64,000 nucleotides of DNA from Antedon mediterranea (Eukaryota > Animalia > Echinodermata): the NCBI RefSeq assembly GCF_964355755.1, contig NC_092680.1, positions 20,407,045 through 20,471,044 on the forward strand, in the 5' to 3' direction. The notes beneath the pieces were generated by a model that saw nothing but the letters and a program-made list of their open reading frames with translations, did no database searches and was not told where the DNA came from. A program made the position numbers and the translations under genes. This document shows positions 26,871-40,100 of this stretch, piece after piece (position 1 is the stretch's first letter; each line of letters opens with the position of its first letter).

Positions 26871-28446
26871 TCTTGCTTGGTTGATTATTCTAAACACGCA
26901 GTTGTAAATCCAATATTCACATTTAGTTTGATTTTTTTTTTTAATTTTGGGCATGAAAACAAAATCAAACGAAATACAGAACATTTGAAAGTGAACTGTA
27001 GGAATAATTTTTCTCAATATTTATTTGGCCAGATTGATTACGATTAAAGGGGGACTCTGGGATTAAAATTACTTTTAAATATCGTTTATTTACTACATAA
27101 AAAGTATTATAATTATATAGGCATGTTAAAATGATAAGAAATAACGAGAAAGCAAAAAACAATACATTTCAGGGTAAATTCATAGAAATTCTGTTTTTAG
27201 CTTAGGAGCGGCCCTTTAGCTTTTTACTTATTAATATTCATGAGCATCCCAAACGTCAACCGACCCATGTGCGATCGTCAGGAATTCCTCTCTTGTTACT
27301 CTCGATTTACATGACAGAAACAACTCCAGGATACTACAACAAAATAGTATTAATATTCAGTGTTTTTATTTCTAACAATTCCAGTGATCCAAACAACAGA
27401 AACAATCACAAGATATCATTCATTATGGTCACTTCACTAGAATTTAGAATCTTGCATTACAATGATATGAAAAATACCAAATTTAATATCTATTTCCATA
27501 ACACAACATTCATATGAATGTACTAAACTTTGAACACGATAAGCCATCCAATAGGAAAAAGCTGTCTAATAATTGAAGAGATTATTAATTCATTGATAAC
27601 CATAAAGGTAATTAGTTAATTTAAAAAATAAATAAAAAATAGAGAAATCATTGGTGACTGGCGTTGCCACAAATGAACAACTAAGCAATTCATTCAATGT
27701 AATACATAAATATATAAAGTTAACTACTCACAGTATCGGAAAAAATTCACATCCTAAAGAAATAGAACGAAAACATGTCTTACAGTACTTCCACAACAGC
27801 TAAAATTCCTCTGCCAAAACAACGTACACACAGCCAATTCAATGTAATTCTTCACCTGATATGCAAATTCGCACGAATACCTGTGGACAATAGTGTAATG
27901 CAAGACGACACAATGCGCCACCAAAGATGCTTTAATTAAAGAAACTTTCCAATTCATCACAATCAATATAAGGAAATGAAAATAAAAGTTTAAAATTTAA
28001 ATGTTTTAATTTCAAAGATATTGCTCCTATCCAGAGATTAAATATAGCCAAAAATTAAATATAACATGTGGAAATAAGGGTATAAAGAAATAAATTTAGG
28101 TGTGGAGATAATTCCATCAACACAGATAACACATCAAATCCAATAAATCAGTTTATTTTATTGTTTTATTTTATTGCAAAAAGAAAATTGTGCAAAGATA
28201 AAGATTATAACCATATATAGTAACACTTGAATTGTCTTAAAATAAAATTCTTGATTACTTCAAATCAACTAAGATGACGATTTTAGGTAAATTATTGAAA
28301 TATTACATTGAATTCTCAATTAAATTATGTTTTAGTATAATATAAAATTATAGAAAATCTTTGACACCATCAACTTCATTCTGCCATCAATAAATCGAAA
28401 GTTATGCTAACATAAATTCAATTGCTTATCGAAATTCTACACCTAT

Positions 28447-29341
28447 TTATATGGTCGCAGAACTGTACTTTTCTAACCTGGTCATTTCCACATCTGTTTT
28501 AGGTTGCTCCTCCTTTTTTCGTCGAAAAAGCTGCAAAATGTCTCGCTTTAACTTCAGAATCCCTACTTGAAAGTCATTGAACTTGAAACTATAAATAAAT
28601 GGGTTGATGCATAGGTTCATTGTATTCAGGAGAACCGTTACCTCATGAATAGTAACTTCACTAAATTCAAAACAATTACAAATGCAATAGGTAAGATAAA
28701 GCACAAAATTAGGTGTTACGGTTACCAAGAATGCAACACAGACAATCACCAAGGTAACCAGTAAGTTCCTCTGCGCTTTGTGAAGAGCGCCGCCATCATC
28801 CACAGGTTTTTTGCGTACGGCCATAATGATTTTGGTGTAACAATATCCCATAATGCTTGCTGGAACTGTAATTATACTGACATTCTCCATGATGTTCCGG
28901 TTTAGCTTCGGCAAGAAAAAGGAGTTGAAGTGACGAGATGGCTCCCAGTATGTGACTGGCTACAAGCGGTACAGCACGCCTTCCTCCTAGCTGCCGCGTA
29001 CGATACACCATGGGATGGATTACCGCTATGTACCGTTCAACAGTAAGCATGACCAAGTTGTATATTGAAGTTGCTGACATGTACCAAAACAAAACTCTGA
29101 ATTTACAGAAAACAGTAGCGGATTTTCCGATAGGAGCATCGTTATTATAGAATCCAAGAAACAGACAACATCCACTAAAGTCGACAATTGATTGGTGTAG
29201 AATCAACATGTGAGAGAGTGAATTCCTGAATAGTTTATTGTAAATGAAAACCACAACAACAAGTAAATTTGCAACGATACCAACACTACATACCAAGGCA
29301 CGAGATATTATCAAACCTGTATGATCGGTTGAGTTTGACAT
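28447..29341 (-). pseudogene. Class A GPCR pseudogene (GPCR-5), CxC family, 56-bp frameshifting deletion
   Basis: ORF 28796-29365 gives TM1-TM4 and ORF 28447-28914 gives the end of TM5 to TM7. Alignment with paralog GPCR-6 shows 56 nt missing at the 28865/28866 junction. Confidence 0.85.
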
Positions 29342-30397
29342 GTTGTTCTGCAATATAAAAACCACTTCTTTTTAAGGCACAGCAAATGTATATTGATATA
29401 ACCATGATTTGTGACATTACTTAACAATTACAAGTGATGTTTTCCTTCAAAACGTAATACACTTGATATCCTATACCAAATTCTAGACAATACATTGGTT
29501 CCAGCAACCTTTCATTCTGGCTACAAAAGCTATTTTGTTATTTAAACTATTTTAACTATACAAATATTCATAACAATAACATGATTTTTATAAAACATAC
29601 TGAGGAAACGAATATTTTTATTTCCGCAATGAAAGTACAAGACCCTATCAATATTCAATTTATGGATTGATACATTTTTCGACGGATAGACTTAACCAAA
29701 CATTATACTTAGTAGAGAGTGAAATAACCTACATATCTTTAATAGATATATTACAGAACAATGTACTTACTTACAATATACTGGTTGGATCTGTGTTATT
29801 AACAGAGGTATGTTCCCCATAACATTCCCGACACCAAATGCCATAAAGGTTATACACAATTCTTTGAGGAAGTCGTTACCGTAACTGTATACACCAATAA
29901 TAGGTCTAACACAATGCAACGCCTTTTTTAAATACATTTATCATGGTTATCATATCATTATTATTAAAGGATTAAAACGCAAAATAGTAATTACCGTCTT
30001 CTTTGATGATAAAATTACTAATTGTTAGTCTATCAAAATAATCGAAAAATATATACTACCTATATATAATTATAACAATTAAAACTGTTAATGTTTGTAC
30101 ATTAGTAGTAAATTTGTTAGTTTAATATATTTACATAGCAGTCATAAACCAAAACTTCTATGTACTTCTTCCTACACTATACTTGTTTGTCGACATTTTT
30201 ATCTTGCAGCATAGACCCAATGTATACAATATTTTACTTTAAAGAATTGCTTAAAAAGTGAACAACGCAAGTGAGCCCTCTGGGGGCGTAAACGCAACAA
30301 AAGTAATTTGACCAATCACAAGCGATGCGATTTTCGTTCGTTTTTATTGGTCATCACTTTGTAAATACGTATCAAACTAGAAAGCTTAATTCATTGA

Positions 30398-31327
30398 CTA
30401 GGTCTCAGAGCTTTTCCCTACACTCGTCATTTCTGATTCTAAGTTATCTTTACGAATGTAAAAACAAATGTTACGTTTCAATTTAATAATACCTACTTGG
30501 AAATCATTAAACTTGATACTGTAGATAAACGGATTGATACAAAGATTAATGGTATAAAATAAAACTGTCACTTCGTGCAAAGTAATTTCACTAAATTCGA
30601 AACAGTTGCAGATACAGTAGATGAGATAAAGTACAAGATTAGGTGTAATTGTAATCAGAAATGCCACACAGACAAAGATCAGCGTAGAGAGGAGATTTGT
30701 CTGCGTCCTTTGAACAACGCCACCATCGTCAACACTTCGTCTACGTACTCTCTTGTATATCTGAGCGTAGCAATAACCCATAATGCTTACTGGAATCAGC
30801 CAATTGGCGGTAAAATGAAAAATTCCTGAAAAAATTTGAATTCCTTTTGTACCATAATTGTACTTGCATTCGCCAGGATTTTCCAGCTTAGCTTCGGCAA
30901 GAAAGACAAGTTGAAGCGATGCTAGTGCGCCCAACACGTGGCTAGCTACCAGCGGTATTGCCCTTCTTCTTCCGAGGTGCCGAGTGTGGTAAAATATCGG
31001 GTAGATTACCGCTATATACCGTTCGACTGTCAGCATAACCAAGTTGTATATCGAAGTGGAAGACATGTACCAGAAAATATACCTCGATTTACAGAAAGCA
31101 GTAGCACCTTTTCCGATAGGAGCATCGTTGTTATAGAAACCAAGAAACAGACAACATCCACTAAAGTCGACAATTGATTGGTGTAGAATCAACATGTGAT
31201 ATAGAGACTTTCGGAACAGGCGATTGTACAAGAAAACCACAATTACAAGTAAATTTGCAACGATACCAACACTGCACGCCAACATACGAGATACTATCAA
31301 GCCTGTATGATCAGTTGAGTTTATCAT
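30398..31327 (-). CDS. Class A GPCR (GPCR-6), CxC family, closest paralog of GPCR-5
   Basis: 7TM; GIVAN, LHQSIVD, YNNDAP, VERY, TITPN, CICNCF, NPFIY. ATG at 31327. Confidence 0.92.
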   Translation of the reverse strand: MINSTDHTGLIVSRMLACSVGIVANLLVIVVFLYNRLFRKSLYHMLILHQSIVDFSGCCLFLGFYNNDAPIGKGATAFCKSRYIFWYMSSTSIYNLVMLTVERYIAVIYPIFYHTRHLGRRRAIPLVASHVLGALASLQLVFLAEAKLENPGECKYNYGTKGIQIFSGIFHFTANWLIPVSIMGYCYAQIYKRVRRRSVDDGGVVQRTQTNLLSTLIFVCVAFLITITPNLVLYLIYCICNCFEFSEITLHEVTVLFYTINLCINPFIYSIKFNDFQVGIIKLKRNICFYIRKDNLESEMTSVGKSSET

Positions 31328-32496
31328 CTTATTCTGCAATAATAACGTAAATAGAACGATATGAGAGATTGAACACGTTGCAAGCTAACTCTCTTTTAAA
31401 TTAGTAAAATAATCGACTAATATCAAGTGTTTAATTATAGAGAATAACAATACATCTAAACAGATCTAAATTAGAATTTAGAATGATTTGTGTGATCACA
31501 TTGTCTTACCGTGGTTTATCTTCGTACTCGCGCCTGTAGATGTTGTTACCAGCAAATTAATTGTCCTGTTAACATTCTAAAAAACACATACCAACTGAAA
31601 GTTCCGACAATTAATCATTATTTTAACACATCAGATTAGATAATTACTGTGTCACTTTCAATGGATAACAAAAAAATCACGTCAATCAAAGCCAACTCCA
31701 ATTATTTTCACTTTTGACTGTTTTATTCTTATCTTAGCATTCAGTCAGAATATTAACATAATTCAAGTGACTGTACTTGTATTTTTATGTTTACTTATTC
31801 AGGTCTAAGCCATTTATAGTAAAGTAATAATAGTGTACAAAAATAATAACTCAGAAACTTAAACGAAATACCAAATGCAGGAACCGACAGATGGCGCTGT
31901 TTAACATATCGGCTCGATAAAACCAATACGCATGGTATGTCTGTATAAATATTTACAAAAATTCAAGATGATAATGTTTACGATACACCGATACAAAGCA
32001 AGTGAAAGTTACTAATGCGAATTATTATATTTTTTTAAAACGTGTTAATTAAGTGTTTTTAAATTAATAATTTGCAGCACAACTGATTCTAAATAAATGT
32101 TGAATGAATTGTAATTGGCTGTTACAAACTATTTACTGAGTTTAGTGATATATCGCACTTCCGCTTACAATAGTTAATTATTTTCACAATAAAAATACAA
32201 TATTGTTATGATGAATAATAATAGTGTTACCATCGCTATGCATTTATGCTTATCGAAAGAGAAAATCAGTAATTTGTCAATATCTATTTGACCTGTCATC
32301 AATTTTGTAATGTTTCTTGTGAACTTTTTATTCAATTAATCATTACAGTTGTTTAGCCATAACAACCTGTAGTACAATGATTTCATATAGTTAGCAATGC
32401 AATCACATTATAGCTGTTTTATAGACCAATTTACCAAAAGAAACTACCACTATATGCTTGCAAGAGTTGCACATAAAACTGGTTTTTATTAAATAA

Positions 32497-33495
32497 TTAA
32501 TTTTGACAAAATGTTTTTGAAAATCCTTCTCTATACTCATTAAATTTGTAAGCGTAAACAAACGGGTTAACTGCTGTATTGGATAAGACGAATAACAAAC
32601 CAATATCACGTGATACGTGATTGTTGACATCAAAACATTGGCAGATAGTGTAGATAAGATACAGCAAAATCAATGGAATGACACAGATGATGTACACAAC
32701 GGTGTTGATGCACATGGTGACAATAAAGTTACGCTCAGCGTCATCATTTCGACGCGATTGCGCTGATGTGTCTGCGTTTTCCGCGCGCGCGTCATTGCTA
32801 CTTTCACGTAACGGTGTTGTGTTTGTCAAAGACTGCATTGTTAACTCTGCTCTAACTTTCATTTGTTTGTTTAAGGTGACGTAAACACGTCGGTAACAAA
32901 AAGTCATGACGGTGATGGGGATTACGGCATTTGCCAGCAATAAACTCACAGACGACAATATCTGAAGACCTTCACTTCTATAACAAAAAACACAAGTTCC
33001 GGGATTTCCAATATCCTCTTCACTTATGAATGCGTATTGTACTGTTATTATAAAAGCAGCTAGAAATGGAATGCCTAAATGTTTTATCATACTTCGTTTA
33101 CTGTTTCCTCGTATCCAATATTTAAGTGGATACACTACTGCGACGTACCGTTCAACGGATATAAATACAAGGTTTAACGTCGAAGCAGACAAAAAGAACA
33201 AAAATATAGTCCCAAGTTTACAAAAAGCATCATTAATTTTTTCAGTTGGAACTGGTTGAATGCAAAAGAAAATAAAATAATGCGCGCTGGCATATAAATC
33301 GATAACAGATTGTTGGAAGACCAGTAGATATGTGAATGATCGTCGATGAATTTTACAATTTACAAAGACAATAATAACTGTGATATTTGCTAAAATTCCA
33401 ATAATTGCTATCAGGTACATCACTATCTGTAAGAAAGTGTCTGTTTCCTCTCTAGGCTCGAACGCCGATGAAGTGCTATTGGTGCAAAACGTCAT
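32497..33495 (-). CDS. Class A GPCR (GPCR-7), CxC family
   Basis: 7TM; GILAN, FQQSVID, FCK, VERY, CQCF, NPFVY. ATG 33495 follows TTTTTTTCAG; an upstream in-frame ATG at 33510 is the alternative start. Confidence 0.9.
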   Translation of the reverse strand: MTFCTNSTSSAFEPREETDTFLQIVMYLIAIIGILANITVIIVFVNCKIHRRSFTYLLVFQQSVIDLYASAHYFIFFCIQPVPTEKINDAFCKLGTIFLFFLSASTLNLVFISVERYVAVVYPLKYWIRGNSKRSMIKHLGIPFLAAFIITVQYAFISEEDIGNPGTCVFCYRSEGLQILSSVSLLLANAVIPITVMTFCYRRVYVTLNKQMKVRAELTMQSLTNTTPLRESSNDARAENADTSAQSRRNDDAERNFIVTMCINTVVYIICVIPLILLYLIYTICQCFDVNNHVSRDIGLLFVLSNTAVNPFVYAYKFNEYREGFSKTFCQN

Positions 33496-34272
33496 TCTGA
33501 AAAAAACCATGAACTCATTTTAAAACTACGATAATATAACAAATTATTACAGGCAGCTGCTAATCATAGATTACAGGTAAAATAAATAATAAATATTGAT
33601 ATATTCATTATGTTTTATTTATTATGAAATCGAAACTACATCATCATAGTCTAGGTATTAGATTTGACAAAACAAAGACACCATTCGACACGGAACGCTA
33701 TTTTATTTGTTCAATTCAAAGAAATAGATAATGCGAATTCTCTGAAATGTTATTCTCTATAGATTGATAGAATACAAATGTACAATTAATAATGATGATA
33801 AATGAACGTTACCTTTAACCACGTATAGTGCCTTTTGAGAAAAATTGGTTGACTACAATTCTTTCTATCAACTGTAATCGCCGAACAACAACCTTATTTC
33901 TGTACCGTACGTCATTTTTAGAAAAATAAAATACTTGTTAAAAGTGCCACTACAAATCCGTTTAACCACAGATCTATTGTATAAACAGCACGGACCATGA
34001 AGTAATTCAGGAAGTTGGTTTAACGTGCGAAATAGATATGAAGATTAATATAACATTAGTATTGCTTTGATATCTGCATGTATCATTAAGGTAGTTGAAA
34101 CCGCTGGCCGTTTTAAGTGCATTTACTGTTTTTACCACGGCGGGAAAAAATTGTGCAAAAGTTGCATGTCGTTATGGAGATGATTGCACATCGTATGGTT
34201 AACGGCAGCTATGGAAGGCCATCTCAGAAAATACAAACATAATCCCGGATTTAGAATAGAAACTACTCATAG

Positions 34273-34363
34273 TAAACCTTCGCGGATATGAACACATTAG
34301 CAATACACACGCGTTTGTAAACCTTCGCGGATAATGAACACCATAGCAATGCACACGCGTTTG
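34273..34363. repeat. About 45-bp direct duplication x2
   Basis: TAAACCTTCGCGGAT(A)ATGAACAC..AGCAAT.CACACGCGTTTG occurs twice. Confidence 0.8.
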
Positions 34364-36706
34364 AGTAAATGAGGTATACTATTAAGTTAATGCTCGTTCA
34401 TGAAAAACTACACATTTCAAATTTAGAGTAAAATTTATTTTTCTATAGCATATATAAACTATTCAGAAATATTTTGTTTGGAAAGAGAAATACGATACCT
34501 CTCTATATAATTATTGTTCAATCAAACACATCTATCTGGTAATTAAATGAAAATGCTGAAATATCACCAATGTCTTTACATTGAACTTTGAATAAAATAA
34601 TTTTTAAGATCTAAGCAGAATTCAGAATTGCTTAATTAAGTATTGTATTAACAACGCCCATTATGTTTACATAAACTTATACTAAATCTTAAATCTGAAC
34701 TTAAAATTGTTTACAATATATTTGTTTAGCTCATTTGATTCCATGTTTTTTCTCATTACAAATTAAAATTAAAACAGCAAACGAACTGATGATAATTATT
34801 GATTAAAATCTGCTATAATAATTTATGTATGTATGTATGTAAATTCAAACAGTGCAGGGGTATCAATAATATTCTTAAATGAATTCAATTTTAAGATTAC
34901 TAACGAATGTATCGATAAAAATGGAAGATATATAATTCTAAATGTTGAAATTAATGGTAAAATGCATGGTTTTGTAAACGTATATGCTCCTAACAATTAT
35001 AAAGTAAGAAGCTCATATTTCAGAAAGTTAAATGAGACCATTTTGGATATTGTTGACTTAAACAACGATATAATTATTATCGGCGGGGACTTCAATTGTA
35101 TTTTGGACAGAAAATGGGACCAAAAGAACAGTAAAGACAGAAAAGATAAATCTGTTCTTACACTTAAAAATTTTATTAAAAAACTTAATTTAAAAGATGC
35201 CTGGAGAAATAAAAATCCAGAAAAATTACAATATACCTGGCGTAGAAAATCTAAGCAAATTTACAGACGGCTTGATTACTGGTTGACTTCTAAACAAATT
35301 CTTGATCACGATGACATAATATCATGTGATATAAGACCAGCTATCTTGACAGATCATCAAGCAATTTCAATTAAAATCAGTTTTGATGAGTCCAAAAGAG
35401 GCCCAGGTTATTGGAAATTTAATAACAACCTATTGCAAAATACTGATTACCAAAACTATATTACAAATGTAATTAAAAAAACTCAAACCAATGAAAATAA
35501 CCTTAGTCCAGATGTATTATGGGAATTATTAAAAGCCAAAATTAAAGACGTTTCAATCTACTATGGCAAAAAAATCAATAAAGAAAAAAAAAGAAAAAAA
35601 GTAAAACTAGAAAAAGAAATAAAAAAACTAAATGATTCTTTATTAAATAATGATTGTACTGCCAATGAGCGCATAGAAGCAAAAATTGCAAACAAAACAA
35701 AAAAGCTGGAAAATATTTATGATAATGATTCACAAAAGGTGCATATATACGTTCTAGAGTAAAATGGATTGAAGAGGGCGAACGTAGCACTAAATATTTT
35801 CTTAGTCTGGAAAAAAATAAGGGAAAAAAAAACCAAATCAAATGTTTACAAAACGAGAAGGGTAGAGTACTAACGAAGACAAAGGAAATCCTTTGTGAGG
35901 AAGTTAGATTTTATAGGCATCTATATGCAAATAAGGGTATACCCCTTAAAAAAATAAACACTTACCTAGATAAATCAAATGTAACGAGTTTAACTGAAGA
36001 AGAAAAGGGGATATGTGAAGGTATTGCCACACTAAATGAATGTACCAATGCAATTAAAAAAATGAAATTAAATAAAACTCCCGGATGTGATGGCTTGACC
36101 GTTGAGTTTTATTTACATCTCTGGGACGACATTAAACACATTGTTTGTGACGCTCTAAATGCATTTATTTATTTATTTTTTTTTTTTTATTTTATTCAAT
36201 CAAAACCAACAGCGATAAATACCGCCACTAACAGGTTTGAAACATAAAACAATACAACATCAAAAACGGTTAACAATAAAATACAGATAAAATATATAAT
36301 TATATATATATATAAAACATAGATTGGCATGCCATAAACAATTTCAATTAAAACAGGTTATGCAGGCTGTTCAAGAAGTGAACACATCATCGTCCTCTTA
36401 AAATAACCAAGTCTATTATTAAAAATATCGATATGATTGCTATTTAGATTATTAAATGTATAAGGTAGTCTATGAAAAAGTCCCCTCTTAGTACAGTCGA
36501 CACGGCTAAAAGGAATATGCAATAAATGTCTATTTCGTGTACGACCAGGAACATTTAAACTAAATAGTGAAATTAATGAACAGTCATATTTAGAATTTAA
36601 AATATTATATAAAAAAACCATATCAGATATCGTTCGACGATTGCTGACAGAATCAATGGAAAAGGCAAAATTAACACAGTTATTGTGGTAGTATGCAATA
36701 TCGATC

Positions 36707-36722
36707 TAGCGCCACCTAGCGG
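36707..36722. promoter_or_regulatory. CTCF-consensus motif in 5' LTR (copy in 3' LTR at 41448-41463)
   Basis: TAGCGCCACCTAGCGG matches the CTCF core consensus; binding is not shown. Confidence 0.5.
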
Positions 36723-37122
36723 GGATCGAGAGAGGGTTTTAACATGGACGCGAGTCACGATAGTTGATATGTTGAATAAATGTTATTTGGATTGTGTTTA
36801 ACGGTAGTCCTATGTACGTCTGTTTGAGTACAGTGTAGCGACAACAAACGAAACATAATATGGTGTCAGAAGTGTGTCTGAATCGACTCATCCAACGCTC
36901 AGAAAGGTCAGTAACGATCGATTTCCGAGATACCTACCCCAGCGGCGGTAGCCTAGCCTAGCGAGAATAGCGAGAGCGGTTGAACGCTCACACAACGACG
37001 CACGACAGCGGACGATTGTAAACAAGTTGCATAGCAACCACAACGCAGTAAACCGCACAGCCTAGCCTAGGAATTAAAGAGATTTGAACTCCGTAAGTTA
37101 TTCAGTAATTATAAGAATAATT

Positions 37123-40100
37123 ATGGCAACGTTCATAAAGCCACCTGAAACATTAATTGTAGATGGCAGTAATCCATCACACGCATGGAACAAGTGGAAG
37201 AGGAAATTTGAGATTTACCTCAAAGCAACAGGGAACTCAAAGAAAGAAACCGAAATCAAAGTAGGTCTGTTGCTAAACTGTATAGGCGATAACAGCATTG
37301 ACATCTACACAAATTTTAAATTCAAGCCTGCAATGCAAAATCCAGAAAATGAAGAAGAAATCCCAGCTGAGGATCCGAACGACTACACAGTCATAATGAA
37401 CAAATTTGACGAACACTTTTCTCGGCGCGACCCACAACTAATGTTACGGCAACGGTTCTGGCATCACTTACAGCGAGAACCAGGCCAGTCATTTGATTCA
37501 TGGGTCACAACGGTGAAAGAAAGGGCGGCAGAGTGTAAATTCCCAAAGGAATTTCAAGAAGAAGCAGTTAGAGACAAATTAACATTTTCGTGTACTAACG
37601 ACAGCTACAAGCTGAAATTATACGACGAGGGTGCAAAGTTATCCTTGACTAAAACTACTAGAATCCTTGCACTGAAAGAGGCAACTAGTCAAGAACTCCA
37701 GAAGTCTAAAACCGCAACCATTGACCAAGTCCGACCTAAAACAAAGCCGAGACCAGCAACGCAGGGGCAAACCAAGAAACAATACTCACACAACAAGGCA
37801 GCCCGCCCACAAACGAATGAGGGGAAATGTCAGAAATGTGGATATTGTGGAAAATCTCACCCATATGGAAAACAGAACTGTCCAGCAAAATCAGCAATTT
37901 GTAATGCATGCGGAAAAACTGGTCACTATAAGGTAGTGTGTAGATCAACTGCAAGCCGATCAAGCAGAGTCAACCAAGTCGACGACGAACACCCTTTCCT
38001 GATAAGTGGTGTTAGTGTCCAACAAGTTAACAGGTCACAGTTGAAAGACGCACACAAACAACCTGGATGGCACATCAAACTCAGAGCAGCCGATCAAGAA
38101 CTGTCATGGTGTATTGATACCGGTGCACAAGTTTCAGTGATGCCAAATATAGTGTATCAAAACCGATTCGGAGAAATGTTCCCAACCGACAAGACGCTAG
38201 TGGGTACAGGCGATACACCACTGAAAACACGAGGATTTGTGGACATGAAGCTGAAACAACAACATGAAAACAACTCGGAGATAGAAGAAAGAGTATATAT
38301 AGTCGAGAACGCAACAACACTACTGCTAGGAGTTCCAGCAATTCGCAACCTTGGACTGATCCATGAGATACCAGGAACCTATAGTGTGAAAGCAGTTGAC
38401 GTCAATTCTCCAATTACAAAGGAGAAAATAAAGGAAGAATACCCAGGACTATTCAGAGGCCTTGGTAAATTAGACGGTGAATACACCATCAAACTGAAAG
38501 AAGATACCAAACCATTTTGCCTTACAACACCAAGAAGAATTGCCCTACCACTGCTTGAAAAGACAAAGGCAGAGTTAGAGAGGATGGTGCAACTTGAAGT
38601 TATCGAACCAATCGATGAACCAACCGACTGGTGCGCACCTATAGTTGTGGTGCCGAAGCAAAATGGAGATGTACGAATTTGTGTTGACTTAACGAAGCTG
38701 AATCAGTCAGTACGAAGAGAACTATATCATATGCCAAAGGTAGAAGAGACACTTGGTAAGGTGGCGAATGGAACAGTGTTCTCAAAACTCGATGCAAACT
38801 CGGGGTTTCACCAGGTGAAGCTGAGCCTAGAAAGCACAAAATTAACTACCTTCATTACACCTTTTGGGAGGTATGTGTTTAAACGTCTTCCTTATGGGAT
38901 ATCGTCAGCACCGGAGTACTTCCAAAAGCAGATGGACCGAGAGCTTAGAGGTCTAGAAGGTGTTGTATGTCATATGGACGACATTCTGATCACTGGCAGC
39001 AATCAGACAGAGCACGACAATAGGCTCAATGCAGTACTAAAGAGATTAGACAAAAGTGGTCTAACTCTAAATAGTGCGAAATGCAAATTCTCTCAGACGA
39101 AACTGGATTACTTGGGCCAGATAATCGATGGTGAAGGATTGAGAAAAGACCCAAAGAAAATCGAAGCAATTATGAAAATGCAACCACCCACCAATGTCAC
39201 GGAACTCAGACAGTTCCTAGGAATGGTAAACCAACAGATGAAATTCGTTCCTAACCTGGCAGAGACCACCAAACCATTACGGGATCTCATGAAGAAGGAA
39301 AATGAATGGGTTTGGGACCAAGCTCAACAAGAAACATTCGTCAAGATACAGAATGAACTAAGCTCAGACAAAGTACTGAAACTCTACAGCACCACAAAAG
39401 AAACCGTTATATCAGCCGATGCGAGCAGTTTTGGACTAGGTGCTGTGCTTCTACAGAAACAAGAAAATGGCGAGCTGAGACCAGTAGCCTATGCAAGTAG
39501 ATCCATGACGGCAACGGAACGCAGATATGCACAGATCGAAAAAGAAGCACTTGCCACCACATGGTCACTTGAACATTGGGCCGATCTGTTAGTGGGACTC
39601 AAGTTTAGAGTCCAAACCGACCACAAACCATTGGTTCCACTTTTCTCTACCAAGAACATTGACGAACTCCCTATACGAGTTCAGAGATTCCGAATGCGTC
39701 TGATGAGGTTTAACTTTGATATAAACCATGTGCCCGGGAAGCTATTATACACAGCCGATGCACTGTCAAGATCGCCGAGGCACAAAGAAAGACGTGCAAA
39801 CGAAAAGATCGACCGTGAAGAAAAGTTAAGGAATGAGGTAGAATGTTTCGTAAACAGCGTGATGGTGACTCTACCAGCATCAGACAAGAGACTGGAGGAG
39901 ATAAGGTCAGAACTGCGAAAAGATGACACTCTAAAAATGGTGATGTACCATGTTCAAGAAGGATGGAACGAGAAATCAGAGGCATCCGGCTATCTGCACA
40001 GCTACTGGAAAGAAAGAGGTAGCCTTTCTGTACATGAAGGCCTCCTCCTAAAGAGCAAACGTCTAGTTATCCCTCCAAAACTCAGAACAGATATTCTACG

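Noticed and set aside
28447-29365. Two separate genes, or a spliced or programmed-frameshift GPCR
   Set aside because: Sequence is missing relative to the paralog (56 nt including half of TM5), so neither splicing nor frameshifting could restore a 7TM protein.
1423-31339. GTG/TTG starts given by the ORF track for GPCR-1, -2, -4, -5 and -6
   Set aside because: These are prokaryote-style start calls. The first in-frame ATGs, mostly just after splice acceptors, are more plausible.
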